A stretch of DNA of 32,000 nucleotides, from contig NC_016070.1 of NCBI RefSeq assembly GCF_000253055.1, forward strand, positions 1,230,001 to 1,262,000, read 5' to 3'. The notes below the pieces were generated by a model. That model had not been told where the DNA came from, ran no database searches, and saw only the letters and a list, made by a program, of their open reading frames with translations. Below, piece by piece: positions 1 to 8,745 of the stretch; positions within the stretch are counted from its first letter, which is position 1, and every line of letters begins with the position of its first letter. The position numbers were made by a program, and so were the translations under genes. Origin of the DNA: Thermoproteus tenax Kra 1 (GTDB lineage Archaea > Thermoproteota > Thermoprotei > Thermoproteales > Thermoproteaceae).

Positions 1-314
1 AATATAGGCCGAGGGCCGTCGGCCCCGGCGACGTGGTCTTGTTGGGCCTCACATCGCGACCGCCTCTGGGGGCTACGTTGGTGGAGCTCAGCGGCCACTT
101 CGCTGTGCATAAACCGCAAGACGGCTTGGGCCTTCCTCTGAGCAACCACTCGGACTTCCCCGGGCTTCTGGAGATGGCGCTCAGGAGCAGAGCCAAGAGG
201 ATCTATACAGTCTACGGCCACGCCGCTGAGCTCGCCAAGTGGCTCAACAGACTTGGCGTAAGGGCCTCGACGATACCCCCGAAAGGGCAGATGGAGCTGA
301 CCCAGTGGCTCTAG
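1..314 (+). CDS. C-terminal fragment of an MBL-fold / beta-CASP-like hydrolase (gene begins left of the window)
   Basis: Frame 3 is open from base 3 to TAG 312-314, so the track ORF 33..314 is only the part after an internal GTG. The tail LSNHSDFPGLLEM...IYTVYGHAAELAKWL resembles the terminal SxHxD and vHG motifs of beta-CASP and ligase-associated exonuclease-type MBL proteins. Confidence 0.45.
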   Translation, partial: YRPRAVGPGDVVLLGLTSRPPLGATLVELSGHFAVHKPQDGLGLPLSNHSDFPGLLEMALRSRAKRIYTVYGHAAELAKWLNRLGVRASTIPPKGQMELTQWL

Positions 315-2143
315 TCGGGAACCTCCACGTATTTCTCGAGGGTCTCTGCGACGTGCGCGAGCCCCAGCCTCTTCAAAGTGCTCCTCCTCGGCACTCCGTT
401 CTGGCCCCAGCCCCTCAAGTCGTAATAGTGGCTCAAGAGCTCGTTGTATTTGTCGTAGTCTAAGTGTGCGCCCTTCAGCGGGCCCTTCGTGAGAGGCCTC
501 TTGAACCACTTGGGGGGCGGCACATCCAATTCCCGGCTCCAGTAGCCGTACTCCCTTATCCAGAACGCCCTTATCAGCGCGTATATTCTGTCGCCGACCT
601 CGTTGAAGTAGTCGGGGGTCGCGTCGATACCTGTCGCCGCCTTGAAGAGCTTGGGATACCAGTCTAAAGACAAGCCCACCTCGACCCAGGGCAGACGGCA
701 TGCCACGAACGCCTCGAACCAACCGCCTCTAATCCTCTGTAGCTCTATCACTTTTGCGGCCTTTTCCCTCGTATATCCGAGGCGGTCCGTCTTGACCTCC
801 CACGAGATGACCCATGCGTCCTTGTGATGGGGGCCTATGGGCGAGGTGGCGTAGGCAAGCGCCATGGCGGGAGCTGCGTGGCAGTCGTACCCGCTCACCT
901 CGAGGCCCTTGACTTGCACCGCCAGCTCCTCTGCGCCCTTTCCCAACCTCTGCGAGGCTCTCATGGTGCCCTCGGCGAGGAGATCTCCGAAGCCCCTCCT
1001 GAGAGCTATGTCGATGGCCAGCTCGCGGGCGGCCTTGTAATCGCCCCACTCTATCTTGTAGCCGAACTCCTTCGTCAAACCCCTCTCGCTTGCCTCCATG
1101 GCGAAGCCGAGAGTGTTGCCGAGAGATATAGTGTCCATGCCCATTAAGTCCGCCACGCGGTTCAGCTCGGCGACCTTCGACAAATCTCCGATGCCCAAGT
1201 TGGAGCCCAACAGAGCTATGTTCTCGTAGTCGACCTCAGCGGTGCCCTCCTCGGAGGGTACCCAATGTCCGCAGGGCATGAAACATAGAGGGCACGACTT
1301 GAGGTCGACCTCCATTTTCTCCACCATGGCCCCTCCTATTTTCTCAAACTCGTCGAACTGGCCCTCCGAGAAGTTATATGTTGGGAGAACGCTGGCCTCC
1401 TGCGCCCATTCAACTGTAGATGTAGTGCCTTGCTTCATCCAGAAGCTGTAGCCGGGCATCTTCCTCCCTTGTTCAACGGCCTCTATACCTATTTTGTTTA
1501 TCGCCTTATCGGCCACGGGTATCTCGCCCTTGCCCTTGACCACCACCGCCTTTAAGTTCTTGGAACCCATCACGGCGCCCATTCCCGGCCTGCCTCCGGC
1601 CCTCCCCCTCTGGGCCACGACCACAGCGTATTTAACAAGCCTCTCGCCCGCCGGCCCTATGGTCAAGACGCCGGCGTCCCTTCCGTGTATCTTCTGTAGT
1701 TTGTCCTCGGTGGCCCACGTGTTGAGCCCCCACAAGTCGCTGGCGTCGTGGAACTCTACTCCCCTCTCATCTATATAGAGATATGTAGGTTTATTCGCCC
1801 TACCTTCTACAACTATAGCGTCGTAGCCGGCCCTCCTCATATAGACTCCGGCCCAGGCCCCTATGTTGCCATCGCCGTATCCGCCGGTGATTGGCGATTT
1901 GGCGGCGACAACCAACTTGCCCGTATTGACGTTTGTCAAACCTGTCAACGGCCCGGCGGCAAATATGAGTTTGTTGTGCGGCGAGAGCGGATCTGTGCCT
2001 GGGGGAAGCTCGTCCCACAATATCTTTATCGCAAGCCCCCTCCCCCCTATGAAGTCCCTCGCAATAGAGGCGTCCAGCTCTTGTACGACGAACTTCCTTC
2101 TAGTGAGGTCCACTCTGAGGATCCTCCCTTGCCATCCAGGCAT
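311..2143 (-). CDS. aor: Tungsten-containing aldehyde:ferredoxin oxidoreductase (AOR family)
   Basis: 610-aa ORF. The N-terminus MPGWQGRILRVDLTRRKFVVQELD...FIGGRGLAIKILWDE...PLSPHNKLIFAAGPLTG is the classic AOR N-terminal domain. Full length is typical of AOR. A minus-strand TATA-like tgatatataa (2161-2170) lies about 22 nt upstream of the ATG at 2143. Confidence 0.9.
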   Translation of the reverse strand: MPGWQGRILRVDLTRRKFVVQELDASIARDFIGGRGLAIKILWDELPPGTDPLSPHNKLIFAAGPLTGLTNVNTGKLVVAAKSPITGGYGDGNIGAWAGVYMRRAGYDAIVVEGRANKPTYLYIDERGVEFHDASDLWGLNTWATEDKLQKIHGRDAGVLTIGPAGERLVKYAVVVAQRGRAGGRPGMGAVMGSKNLKAVVVKGKGEIPVADKAINKIGIEAVEQGRKMPGYSFWMKQGTTSTVEWAQEASVLPTYNFSEGQFDEFEKIGGAMVEKMEVDLKSCPLCFMPCGHWVPSEEGTAEVDYENIALLGSNLGIGDLSKVAELNRVADLMGMDTISLGNTLGFAMEASERGLTKEFGYKIEWGDYKAARELAIDIALRRGFGDLLAEGTMRASQRLGKGAEELAVQVKGLEVSGYDCHAAPAMALAYATSPIGPHHKDAWVISWEVKTDRLGYTREKAAKVIELQRIRGGWFEAFVACRLPWVEVGLSLDWYPKLFKAATGIDATPDYFNEVGDRIYALIRAFWIREYGYWSRELDVPPPKWFKRPLTKGPLKGAHLDYDKYNELLSHYYDLRGWGQNGVPRRSTLKRLGLAHVAETLEKYVEVPD

Positions 2144-2210
2144 GGATTGCTTATCAATTCTTATATATCACTTTTATCTTCGGCGCGTAGCGCGTTTCGG
2201 AGATATAGCT

Positions 2211-2216
2211 TTTAAA
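2211..2216 (+). promoter_or_regulatory. TATA-box-like element for the glucan phosphorylase gene
   Basis: TTTAAA lies in the 79-bp divergent aor/glgP spacer, about 25 nt upstream of ATG 2238. Confidence 0.5.
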
Positions 2217-2237
2217 TTGACGATGCCCCCCCGCGCA

Positions 2238-3695
2238 ATGATAGTGTCGATAACTCCTGAGCTTGCTCTAGACGGAAGCAAGAACTACGCGGGAGGTCTC
2301 GGCGTCTTGGAGGGCGACAAGTTCTATGCGGCGGCCAGACTCGGAGTGCCCTATACTGTGATAACTCTGTTATACGACAGAGGGTATGTGGAATATACAG
2401 AGCAGAATGGACAGCTGGAGCCCACAGAGGAGGATCAGTCCAACTTTATCAAGCGGCTGGAGCTCTTTAGGACCTGTTGGACCACTGTGGGAGGCGAGGA
2501 GGTCGAGGTGGCCTTCTATCTCTACCGTTTGAATACGGCCACCGCAGTCTTCGTGAAGCCTCTAAGGCCGGCCTGGGCCGCCCAAGCCACAGAGCGGCTC
2601 TATATTGAGCGCACAGAGCTGGAGAGGTTCAGAAAGTATATCATCTTGGCGAAGGCCGCCTTGCGCTATATTGAGAAGTTCATAGGGTGGGACAGAGTCA
2701 AGTACGTGGATCTCCAGGAGGCCTACACGGCGCTTGTTCCCCTCCTCAAACCCGATCCTAGGTACCGCCTCGTCGTCCACACGCCTGCTCCGTGGGGACA
2801 TCCGACTTTTCCGTCCCGGTTCTTCAGACAAGAGCTGGGCTTCGATTTAGCCATGAACCCCGTTGTGCTCACCGAATTGGGCTTGGCCGCGTCCTCGGAG
2901 GGGGTGGTAGTCTCCAAAAAGATGGTCCACTTCGCCGCGCGTACGTTCCCGCACCACGCACACAAAATCAAGGCCGTGACCAACGCTGTCGAGATACCCA
3001 GGTGGCAACACCCCGCCGTAGCGGACGTCAAAGGCCCCGAGGAGCTCAAGGCTGCTAGGGCGAGGGTCAAGGAAGAGGCTCTGAGGGCTCTGGGCGTTCG
3101 CACGGATAGGCCCGTTATAGTCTGGGCCAGGAGGTTGACCAGCTACAAGAGGCCGCACTATATGGTGCAATTGATCGAGGAGGTGAACACAGATCTCTTC
3201 TTCATCTTGGGCGGCAGAGCCCATCCCAACGACGAGTACGGAAGGAGGATTATGGCCGAGTTCAAGAGGCTCGCCGCCACTAGGCCGAACGTTTTGTATA
3301 TCCCGAGCCTCTATGTGGAGGACATGAGAAAGATCATATGGGCGGCCGACATTTTCACCTTCACGCCGTTCTCCGGGTGGGAGGCCTCGGGCACCTCGTT
3401 CATGAAGGCCGGGATCAACGGAGTACCCTCAGTGGCCTCGCGAGATGGAGCAGTCGTCGAAGTGGTCAGAGACAGATATAACGGGTGGCTCTTCGGCGAG
3501 GATAGAACCGAGCTTGTGTCGCCCGATACCCCCGATATAGATGAGCGCGAATATGCCGAGTTTAAACAGAAGGTCAATGAGGCCTTGGACGCCCTCGCGG
3601 ATGGATCCTATTGGGAAGTGGCCTTCAACGCCTACAAGACCTTCAGAGAGTACTACTCCATGGAGAGGCTGTTTAAGGAATACGGCTACCTCTGA
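2238..3695 (+). CDS. glgP: Alpha-glucan (glycogen/maltodextrin) phosphorylase, short archaeal GT35 type
   Basis: NYAGGLGVLEGDKFYAAARLGVPYTVITLLYDRGY and WARRLTSYKRPHY (PLP-Lys region) match GT35 phosphorylases. The track ORF (1863..) runs antisense through aor. In-frame ATGs are at 2223 and 2238. TTTAAA at 2211-2216 is about 25 nt from 2238, which favours a leaderless start there. Confidence 0.8.
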   Translation: MIVSITPELALDGSKNYAGGLGVLEGDKFYAAARLGVPYTVITLLYDRGYVEYTEQNGQLEPTEEDQSNFIKRLELFRTCWTTVGGEEVEVAFYLYRLNTATAVFVKPLRPAWAAQATERLYIERTELERFRKYIILAKAALRYIEKFIGWDRVKYVDLQEAYTALVPLLKPDPRYRLVVHTPAPWGHPTFPSRFFRQELGFDLAMNPVVLTELGLAASSEGVVVSKKMVHFAARTFPHHAHKIKAVTNAVEIPRWQHPAVADVKGPEELKAARARVKEEALRALGVRTDRPVIVWARRLTSYKRPHYMVQLIEEVNTDLFFILGGRAHPNDEYGRRIMAEFKRLAATRPNVLYIPSLYVEDMRKIIWAADIFTFTPFSGWEASGTSFMKAGINGVPSVASRDGAVVEVVRDRYNGWLFGEDRTELVSPDTPDIDEREYAEFKQKVNEALDALADGSYWEVAFNAYKTFREYYSMERLFKEYGYL

Positions 3696-4440
3696 GCTCG
3701 GCCAAAAGCGGGATCTCTCTGAGCATATCCTCTGTGACGTACTCCCAGAGGATCCCGGAGGGCTTCATATCTGTCCTCGAGGTTCTCAGAGCCCTCGTGG
3801 GCGTGACGACTATATCGACGGGGAGATCGAAGGGCTCCCTCGGTATATCGTCGTCCACCAACTGTACGTCGTGTACAGTCGTTACGACCGGCGTAGATTC
3901 GCCGACTTTGCCGTAGTAGCTGAGTATGCCCCACTCTATCTCGGCGTATCCGTGGCTTTTGCCCAACCTTCTCCCAGTCTTGGGATTGACCGCCACAGAG
4001 CCTATTATTACTAGGTCGATCTGCGGCAGATGTTCCGGCGGAGTCGGCCTGCCCCACTTGGCGGCGCCCCCGATGGTCGAGGCCTCTCTATATGCGTCCC
4101 TAGGTATAGCGGATGGATCCAACAAGAGGAAGCCTCCTCTGATCCTGGGCGTGGGCACAACCAGGACCTTCCCGCTCTTCAGAGCGAGCTCTCTGCACAT
4201 CCTCTGCGGAGCATCTGGGTTTATCTTCACTGTCCGGGCCCTCGCGAACTCGGGGAGGGCCGCGGCCCGATCGCAGGCCTTGTCGGAGCCCACGAAGTTT
4301 GGAATTCTGCCGTAGACGGGCTTGGGAAAGGCCGCCAAGCCCCTCTCCTCCAGCAGCCTCCATATCCTCTCCCTTACTGCCTGTTTTGCTGACTTTACAT
4401 CCACGTGGAAACGAACTTCGACTTTTATAACTGGAAACAT
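3673..4440 (-). CDS. 5-formyltetrahydrofolate cyclo-ligase family protein (COG0212-like)
   Basis: RERIWRLLEERG...YGRIPNFVGSDKA...INPDAPQ...GKVLVVPTPRI...IIGSVAVNPKTGRRLGKSHGYAEIEW fits the MTHFS-family pattern. The true start may be GTG at 4404, because a minus-strand TTATAAAA at 4423-4430 lies about 22 nt upstream of it. Confidence 0.6.
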   Translation of the reverse strand: MFPVIKVEVRFHVDVKSAKQAVRERIWRLLEERGLAAFPKPVYGRIPNFVGSDKACDRAAALPEFARARTVKINPDAPQRMCRELALKSGKVLVVPTPRIRGGFLLLDPSAIPRDAYREASTIGGAAKWGRPTPPEHLPQIDLVIIGSVAVNPKTGRRLGKSHGYAEIEWGILSYYGKVGESTPVVTTVHDVQLVDDDIPREPFDLPVDIVVTPTRALRTSRTDMKPSGILWEYVTEDMLREIPLLAELRGSRIP

Positions 4441-4515
4441 CCTTTAGGGTTGGGGACTGCGCTTTCAACGGGTTTTCTGAGCGACTATTTTAATATCGGG
4501 CCGCTACAACTCCTC

Positions 4516-5886
4516 GTGGATATAGTACTGTTCTTCGAGGTGCATCAGCCATATCGCCTCCGCCCAGACCTCCACAGAGTCTTCCCGAGGGAGCCCTCCT
4601 TTGAGGAGCTCTTCTATTCAGAGTTCGACTCAGCCGTCTTCTCCCGCGTCGCCGAGAGAGTATACCGGAAGGCCACCAAGATAATCCTTGAGGCGTCTAG
4701 GGAGGTCCCGCTCAAGGTGACGTTCAGCGTGAGCGGCCTCGCGTTGGAGCAGATAAGGCGTTGGGCCCCCGACGTCTTAGAGCTCCTCAGAGAGCTCGCC
4801 GCTAGAGGCGTGGCGGAGTTTGTTGCACAGACCTACTACCACAGCCTAGCGTGGTTGATAGACCTAAGGGAGTTTAAAGAGCAGGTGGCACTGCAGATCA
4901 AGGCAGTGGAGGAGTTGATCGGCTATAGGCCCACGGCGGCAGAGAACACCGAGTTCATATACAACAACGACGTAGCTTGCGCCTTCGCTGAGATGGGCTT
5001 CAAGGCGGTTGCCACAGAGGGCGTGGACTGGGTCTTAGGCTGGCGCTCGCCCAACTACGTATACAGATCGTGGGGCTGCGACGTGAGGGTGCTGACGCGA
5101 AACTACCGGCTCAGCGACGACGTGGGATTCAGATTCGGCGCAAGGTGGTGGGACCAGTGGCCTCTCACCGCCGACAAATACGCCGCTTGGCTCGACGCAA
5201 CTCCGGGCGATGTCGTCCTCATAGCTGTGGACTATGAGACTTTCGGCGAACACCACTGGCCTGAATCAGGTATCCATGAATTCCTCCGCTGGCTCCCCAG
5301 AGAGGTCTCCAAAAGGCCGCGCCTCAAGTTTGCGACGCTCACCGAGGCAGCACTGAGGAACCCCCCTCGCGACGTCTACGATGTACCGCCCTGGGCGACG
5401 ATAAGTTGGGCAGATGAGCGCGACCTTTCGGCATGGCTGGGCAACGAGATGCAGAGGAACGCGTTCTCGGTCCTCCGGTGGCTTTACCCCTACGCGAGGG
5501 CCCTCGGAGGAGACGCCTTGAGGCTCTGGAGGCTTCTGTCCACTAGCGACCACTTTTACTATCAAGCGACTAAGTCTGGACCTGCCGGCGAGGTTCACTC
5601 CTATTTCTCCCCCTATGGCTCAGCCTATAAGGCGCACGACATATACATGAACGCGCTGGCCGTGCTCCTCTCAGTTATAAGGGAGAAGTGGCGCCCGCAA
5701 GACGCAGAGAGGCTTGTGTTCAACGACGAGAGGTGCTTCCACTCAGAGGGCGTCCGCCTCTGTTCTCTCGGCGATCTCAAGAGGACGGACGTTGAGTTCA
5801 AACGCCGGCATAAGGAGGACCTTATGAGGTGGCTCACAGACGTCTTCTTGTTGGACGAGGCCTCAGCTGAGGCGCTCTTGAAGTGA
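4516..5886 (+). CDS. Glycoside hydrolase family 57 protein (alpha-amylase / glucanotransferase / branching-enzyme family)
   Basis: GH57 hallmarks are present: VLFFEVHQPYRL near the N-terminus and DYETFGEHHW. The track ORF starts at GTG 4405. I prefer GTG 4516, because ATTTTAATAT at 4487-4496 lies about 24 nt upstream and VDIVLFFEVHQPYRL is a typical GH57 N-terminus. Confidence 0.8.
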   Translation: MDIVLFFEVHQPYRLRPDLHRVFPREPSFEELFYSEFDSAVFSRVAERVYRKATKIILEASREVPLKVTFSVSGLALEQIRRWAPDVLELLRELAARGVAEFVAQTYYHSLAWLIDLREFKEQVALQIKAVEELIGYRPTAAENTEFIYNNDVACAFAEMGFKAVATEGVDWVLGWRSPNYVYRSWGCDVRVLTRNYRLSDDVGFRFGARWWDQWPLTADKYAAWLDATPGDVVLIAVDYETFGEHHWPESGIHEFLRWLPREVSKRPRLKFATLTEAALRNPPRDVYDVPPWATISWADERDLSAWLGNEMQRNAFSVLRWLYPYARALGGDALRLWRLLSTSDHFYYQATKSGPAGEVHSYFSPYGSAYKAHDIYMNALAVLLSVIREKWRPQDAERLVFNDERCFHSEGVRLCSLGDLKRTDVEFKRRHKEDLMRWLTDVFLLDEASAEALLK

Positions 5887-7436
5887 TGCACGCGCCGGAG
5901 GCAATCCGCAAGGTCTATATCCTCACGTTCGAGTACGGCGGATTGATCAAGGTGGGCGGCTTGGGTGAGGCAGTGAGACAGTATGCAGCCGCTCTGGCCA
6001 GGCGGGGCTACTCAGTCACTGTGCTCATGCCCTCGCACGGGAGACATCTGGATCCTAACAGAGGGTTCCCGCTGAGGCCTCTCGACTTCGCCGCGTGTGG
6101 AGAGAGGAGAGGTCTCGACGGACGGATCTATCCCTATTGCATCGGCGCTGAGGAGACGGAGGCCGACGGCGCAAGGATTGTGATGTTCAAGGGGCTCGAT
6201 ACTCCCACAGGGCTCGTCTTCGACAAATGGTACCCCTACGATAACGTGGAGGAGAAAGCGGCGCTGTTCGCGAGAGCGGTCGTGGCATACGCCGAGAGGT
6301 ACGGCCTGCCGGACTTAGTCCACGCAAACGACTGGCATTCAGGCCTCGCGGGGGTGGCGCTCAAGGATTACGCAGAGAGGAGTGGGGTGGCGCTTCCCCT
6401 AGTCTACACCGTACATCTATCCTCGGGCTACGCCTTCCCGTGGCACTACGCTTCATCTGACTGGGCCAGTATATCGGACAGACCTCACCTCGTATGGCGC
6501 GTCTGTTGTCACAAGTGGGAGCGCTACAGCGATGTGTGGAACTCTGTGGGCGGCACAGCAGAGGCGTTCGCGGCCGTTGAAGCCGATGCCCTCTCGAGCG
6601 TCAGCTGGGGCTATCTGAACGAGTTCCTCTCCAAATATGGCGAGTGGATGAGGGGCAAGTCCTGCGTCCTCTACAACGCGACCGACTGGAGGCTCGAGGA
6701 GGCCGAGGCTCATTTCGCGAGGCTCGCCCCCGATGGCTCTCCGTGGAGGCTCGTCGAGGCCGTGCCCCATATGGAGGGGCGGCTTGATAGAGATGGCTCC
6801 CTCTTCGTGGCCGTAGGAAGGGCAACGAGCCAAAAGGGCCTCGATGTGGCCGTAAAGGCGTTGGACTACGCGCCGTCCGCGAGGCTCTTGGTATTGGCTG
6901 TGTCCGTCGGCGACAGAGGGTATGAGGACTACCTCAAGGAGTTGGTCAGAGCGAGGCCCGGCAGAGCTGCCATCACCTTCGCGAGAGTTCCCAAGGATCT
7001 CTATATGGCTCTGATCTATGCGTCCACGGCTTTGGTGATGCCCTCCCGTTGGGAGCCCTTCGGCATCTCCGCCATCGAGGCCATGGCCGTCGGCACGCCG
7101 GTGATAGCTACGGCCGTTGGCGGGCTCCCCGAGGTGGTGCGGGACTTTAGAGCCGGGGAGGGCACGGGCCTGGTGGTGCCCCCCGAGGATGCCTACTCCG
7201 TTGGATTGGCCATGGAGTACCTAGCCCGCTGGCTCTGGCGCGGCAATCCCAACGAGGTTCCAGACCCGGCTATGAGAGCTGCAGCACGACGTTGGCCCAG
7301 ATATATACCGGACCTAAAACGGTATATATCAGCATACGTGGACGAGAGATTCAGAGAAAAAAACTTGTACGAGCAGCTCAAAGATTGTTACGAGAGAGCG
7401 AGGCTAATGGCCTATTATCGCGCTATAACATTGTAG
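5886..7436 (+). CDS. glgA: Glycogen synthase (GT-B fold, KxGGL type)
   Basis: ILTFEYGGLIKVGGLGEAV carries the KxGGL motif. The C-terminal region PSRWEPFGISAIEAMAVGTPVIATAVGGLPEVV matches the glycosyltransferase consensus. The start ATG 5886 (or GTG 5883) overlaps the GH57 stop TGA 5884-5886, suggesting translational coupling. Confidence 0.85.
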   Translation: MHAPEAIRKVYILTFEYGGLIKVGGLGEAVRQYAAALARRGYSVTVLMPSHGRHLDPNRGFPLRPLDFAACGERRGLDGRIYPYCIGAEETEADGARIVMFKGLDTPTGLVFDKWYPYDNVEEKAALFARAVVAYAERYGLPDLVHANDWHSGLAGVALKDYAERSGVALPLVYTVHLSSGYAFPWHYASSDWASISDRPHLVWRVCCHKWERYSDVWNSVGGTAEAFAAVEADALSSVSWGYLNEFLSKYGEWMRGKSCVLYNATDWRLEEAEAHFARLAPDGSPWRLVEAVPHMEGRLDRDGSLFVAVGRATSQKGLDVAVKALDYAPSARLLVLAVSVGDRGYEDYLKELVRARPGRAAITFARVPKDLYMALIYASTALVMPSRWEPFGISAIEAMAVGTPVIATAVGGLPEVVRDFRAGEGTGLVVPPEDAYSVGLAMEYLARWLWRGNPNEVPDPAMRAAARRWPRYIPDLKRYISAYVDERFREKNLYEQLKDCYERARLMAYYRAITL

Positions 7437-7480
7437 AAAGATTCCAAAGAAAAAATTTAATATTACGCTCAGCAATTTTC

Positions 7481-8341
7481 GTGGGCGTAAGGGTGGCCGT
7501 CATACCGGTGGGCGGCGAGGCCGTCCGGCTCCGCCCTCTGACGGTGGAGACCTCCAAGGCGATGGTGAGGATCTTGAACAGGCCCCTCATGGAGCTGACC
7601 GTGGTGGGACTGGCCAGACAAGGCGTCGAGGAGGTAATAATGGGTGTCCGGGGGTACTACAACTACAAGGACATCTACGACTATTTCGGCGAGGGCCACT
7701 GGATCGAGAAAGAGTACGGAGTGAGGGTGAGGCTGCGCTATATGCCCAGAGCTGAGACCAGAGGCAACGCCGAGGCCGTGAAGATCTCCCTAGAGTACTA
7801 CGGAATACGGGAGCCGGTCCTAGTGGTGCAAGGCGATAATCTCTTTGAGATAGATCTAGCCGACTTCTATCGCTACTATAGGTCTAAGAAGGCCTTTATG
7901 GCCATAGCTCTGAAGGAGGAGGAAAGGCTTGAGGAATTCGGCGTAGCCGCCGTGGATGAGGATATGAGGATCTTGAAATTTGTCGAAAAGCCTAAGAGGC
8001 GCGAAGATGCGCCGAGCAAGCTCGTCAACACCGGCCTCTACCTCCTCTCTGAGGACTTTCTGAGCTTCTTCGAGGGCGAGGTGGGGTCGAAGCTCTTGAG
8101 GGAGGGTAAAATGGACTTCGGCTCCAACGTCATCCCAGCGGCGATAGAGGCAGGTCTCCCCGTCTACGGCTACCACACCAAGGGCTATTGGTTCGACGTA
8201 GGGACGCCCGAGCGGTATTTAGCCGCTGCCCAGTATCTGTTGGCCAAGCTGAGCCCTGCGGATCTGTCCTCCGAGGAGGTGCTCCCCAAGGTCTACATAC
8301 AGGGGACCAGCCCTGAGTCGTTGGCGTTCAAAAGGAGTTAA
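7481..8341 (+). CDS. Sugar-1-phosphate nucleotidyltransferase, N-terminal catalytic domain (gene interrupted, see findings)
   Basis: AVIPVGGEAVRLRPLTVETSKAMVRILNRPL is the GxGxRLxPLT NTP-transferase signature. VQGDNLF and EKPK...NTGLYLL also fit. TTTAATATTA at 7456-7465 lies about 21 nt upstream of GTG 7481. The ORF ends at TAA 8339-8341 where homologues continue into a beta-helix domain. Confidence 0.8.
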   Translation: MGVRVAVIPVGGEAVRLRPLTVETSKAMVRILNRPLMELTVVGLARQGVEEVIMGVRGYYNYKDIYDYFGEGHWIEKEYGVRVRLRYMPRAETRGNAEAVKISLEYYGIREPVLVVQGDNLFEIDLADFYRYYRSKKAFMAIALKEEERLEEFGVAAVDEDMRILKFVEKPKRREDAPSKLVNTGLYLLSEDFLSFFEGEVGSKLLREGKMDFGSNVIPAAIEAGLPVYGYHTKGYWFDVGTPERYLAAAQYLLAKLSPADLSSEEVLPKVYIQGTSPESLAFKRS

Positions 8342-8401
8342 AAGAGAGGATACTCTCGGGCGATGTGAAAGTGGAAGGCAATGTGTTAATCGGAAGGGCA
8401 T

Positions 8402-8704
8402 GTGAAGATAGGCCACGGCGTCTACTTGAGCAACTCGATAATAGACAACTACACGGTGGTGGAGGACGGGGCGAGGATCGAGGATTCCGTCGTCATGGAC
8501 AGATCTATAATAGGCCCGGGGGCGAGGGTCCAGAGCTCCATAGTGGGGAGACATAGCTATGTGGGGGCTGGCACTGTGCTGTGGGGCTCAGTGTTGGGCG
8601 ACGACGTATGGGTCGGCTCCAACGCCTATCTGCACTACGCAAAGATCTGGCCCCACAAGGTCGTCAACGACGGAGTCAAACTCGAGAACTTCGCGCTCAC
8701 TTAA
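8402..8704 (+). CDS. Left-handed beta-helix (hexapeptide repeat) domain, the detached C-terminal part of the preceding nucleotidyltransferase
   Basis: KIGHGVYLSNSIIDNYTVVEDGARIEDSVVMDRSIIGPGARVQSSIVGRHSYVGAGTVL shows a hexapeptide [LIV]-G-x4 periodicity. It is in the same frame as 7481..8341 but separated from it by three in-frame stops. A bridging piece, LKERILSGDVKVEGNVLIGR, reads in another frame. Confidence 0.7.
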   Translation: MKIGHGVYLSNSIIDNYTVVEDGARIEDSVVMDRSIIGPGARVQSSIVGRHSYVGAGTVLWGSVLGDDVWVGSNAYLHYAKIWPHKVVNDGVKLENFALT

Positions 8705-8745
8705 TCGGTTTCGACAAAGATAAAAAGGTCGTTGTTAGGCGCTGT

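Noticed and set aside
1863-2222. 5' extension of the phosphorylase ORF running antisense through aor, together with the other long antisense ORFs inside strongly assigned genes (for example 729..1049, 2723..3103, 9608..10213, 23569..24048, 25334..25957, 27008..27505, 30670..31122)
   Set aside because: They overlap genes with unambiguous family motifs on the other strand. They have low-complexity Pro/Arg/Ser/Gly-rich translations typical of high-GC antisense frames, and they lack promoter-like elements.
4405-4515. N-terminal extension of the GH57 ORF from GTG 4405
   Set aside because: It would begin inside the CACGTG that also holds the divergent gene's candidate GTG, and it would read through the spacer containing both TATA-like boxes. 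GH57 homologues begin close to the FEVHQPYRL motif.
8365-8556. 63-aa ORF that could be read as an independent small gene between the two nucleotidyltransferase fragments
   Set aside because: Only its first roughly 11 residues (KVEGNVLIGRA) look like real protein, namely the first turn of the beta-helix. The rest (CEDRPRRLLEQLDNRQLHGGGGRGEDRG...) is the out-of-frame reading of the LbH domain. It is best explained as the bridging frame of a frameshifted gene.
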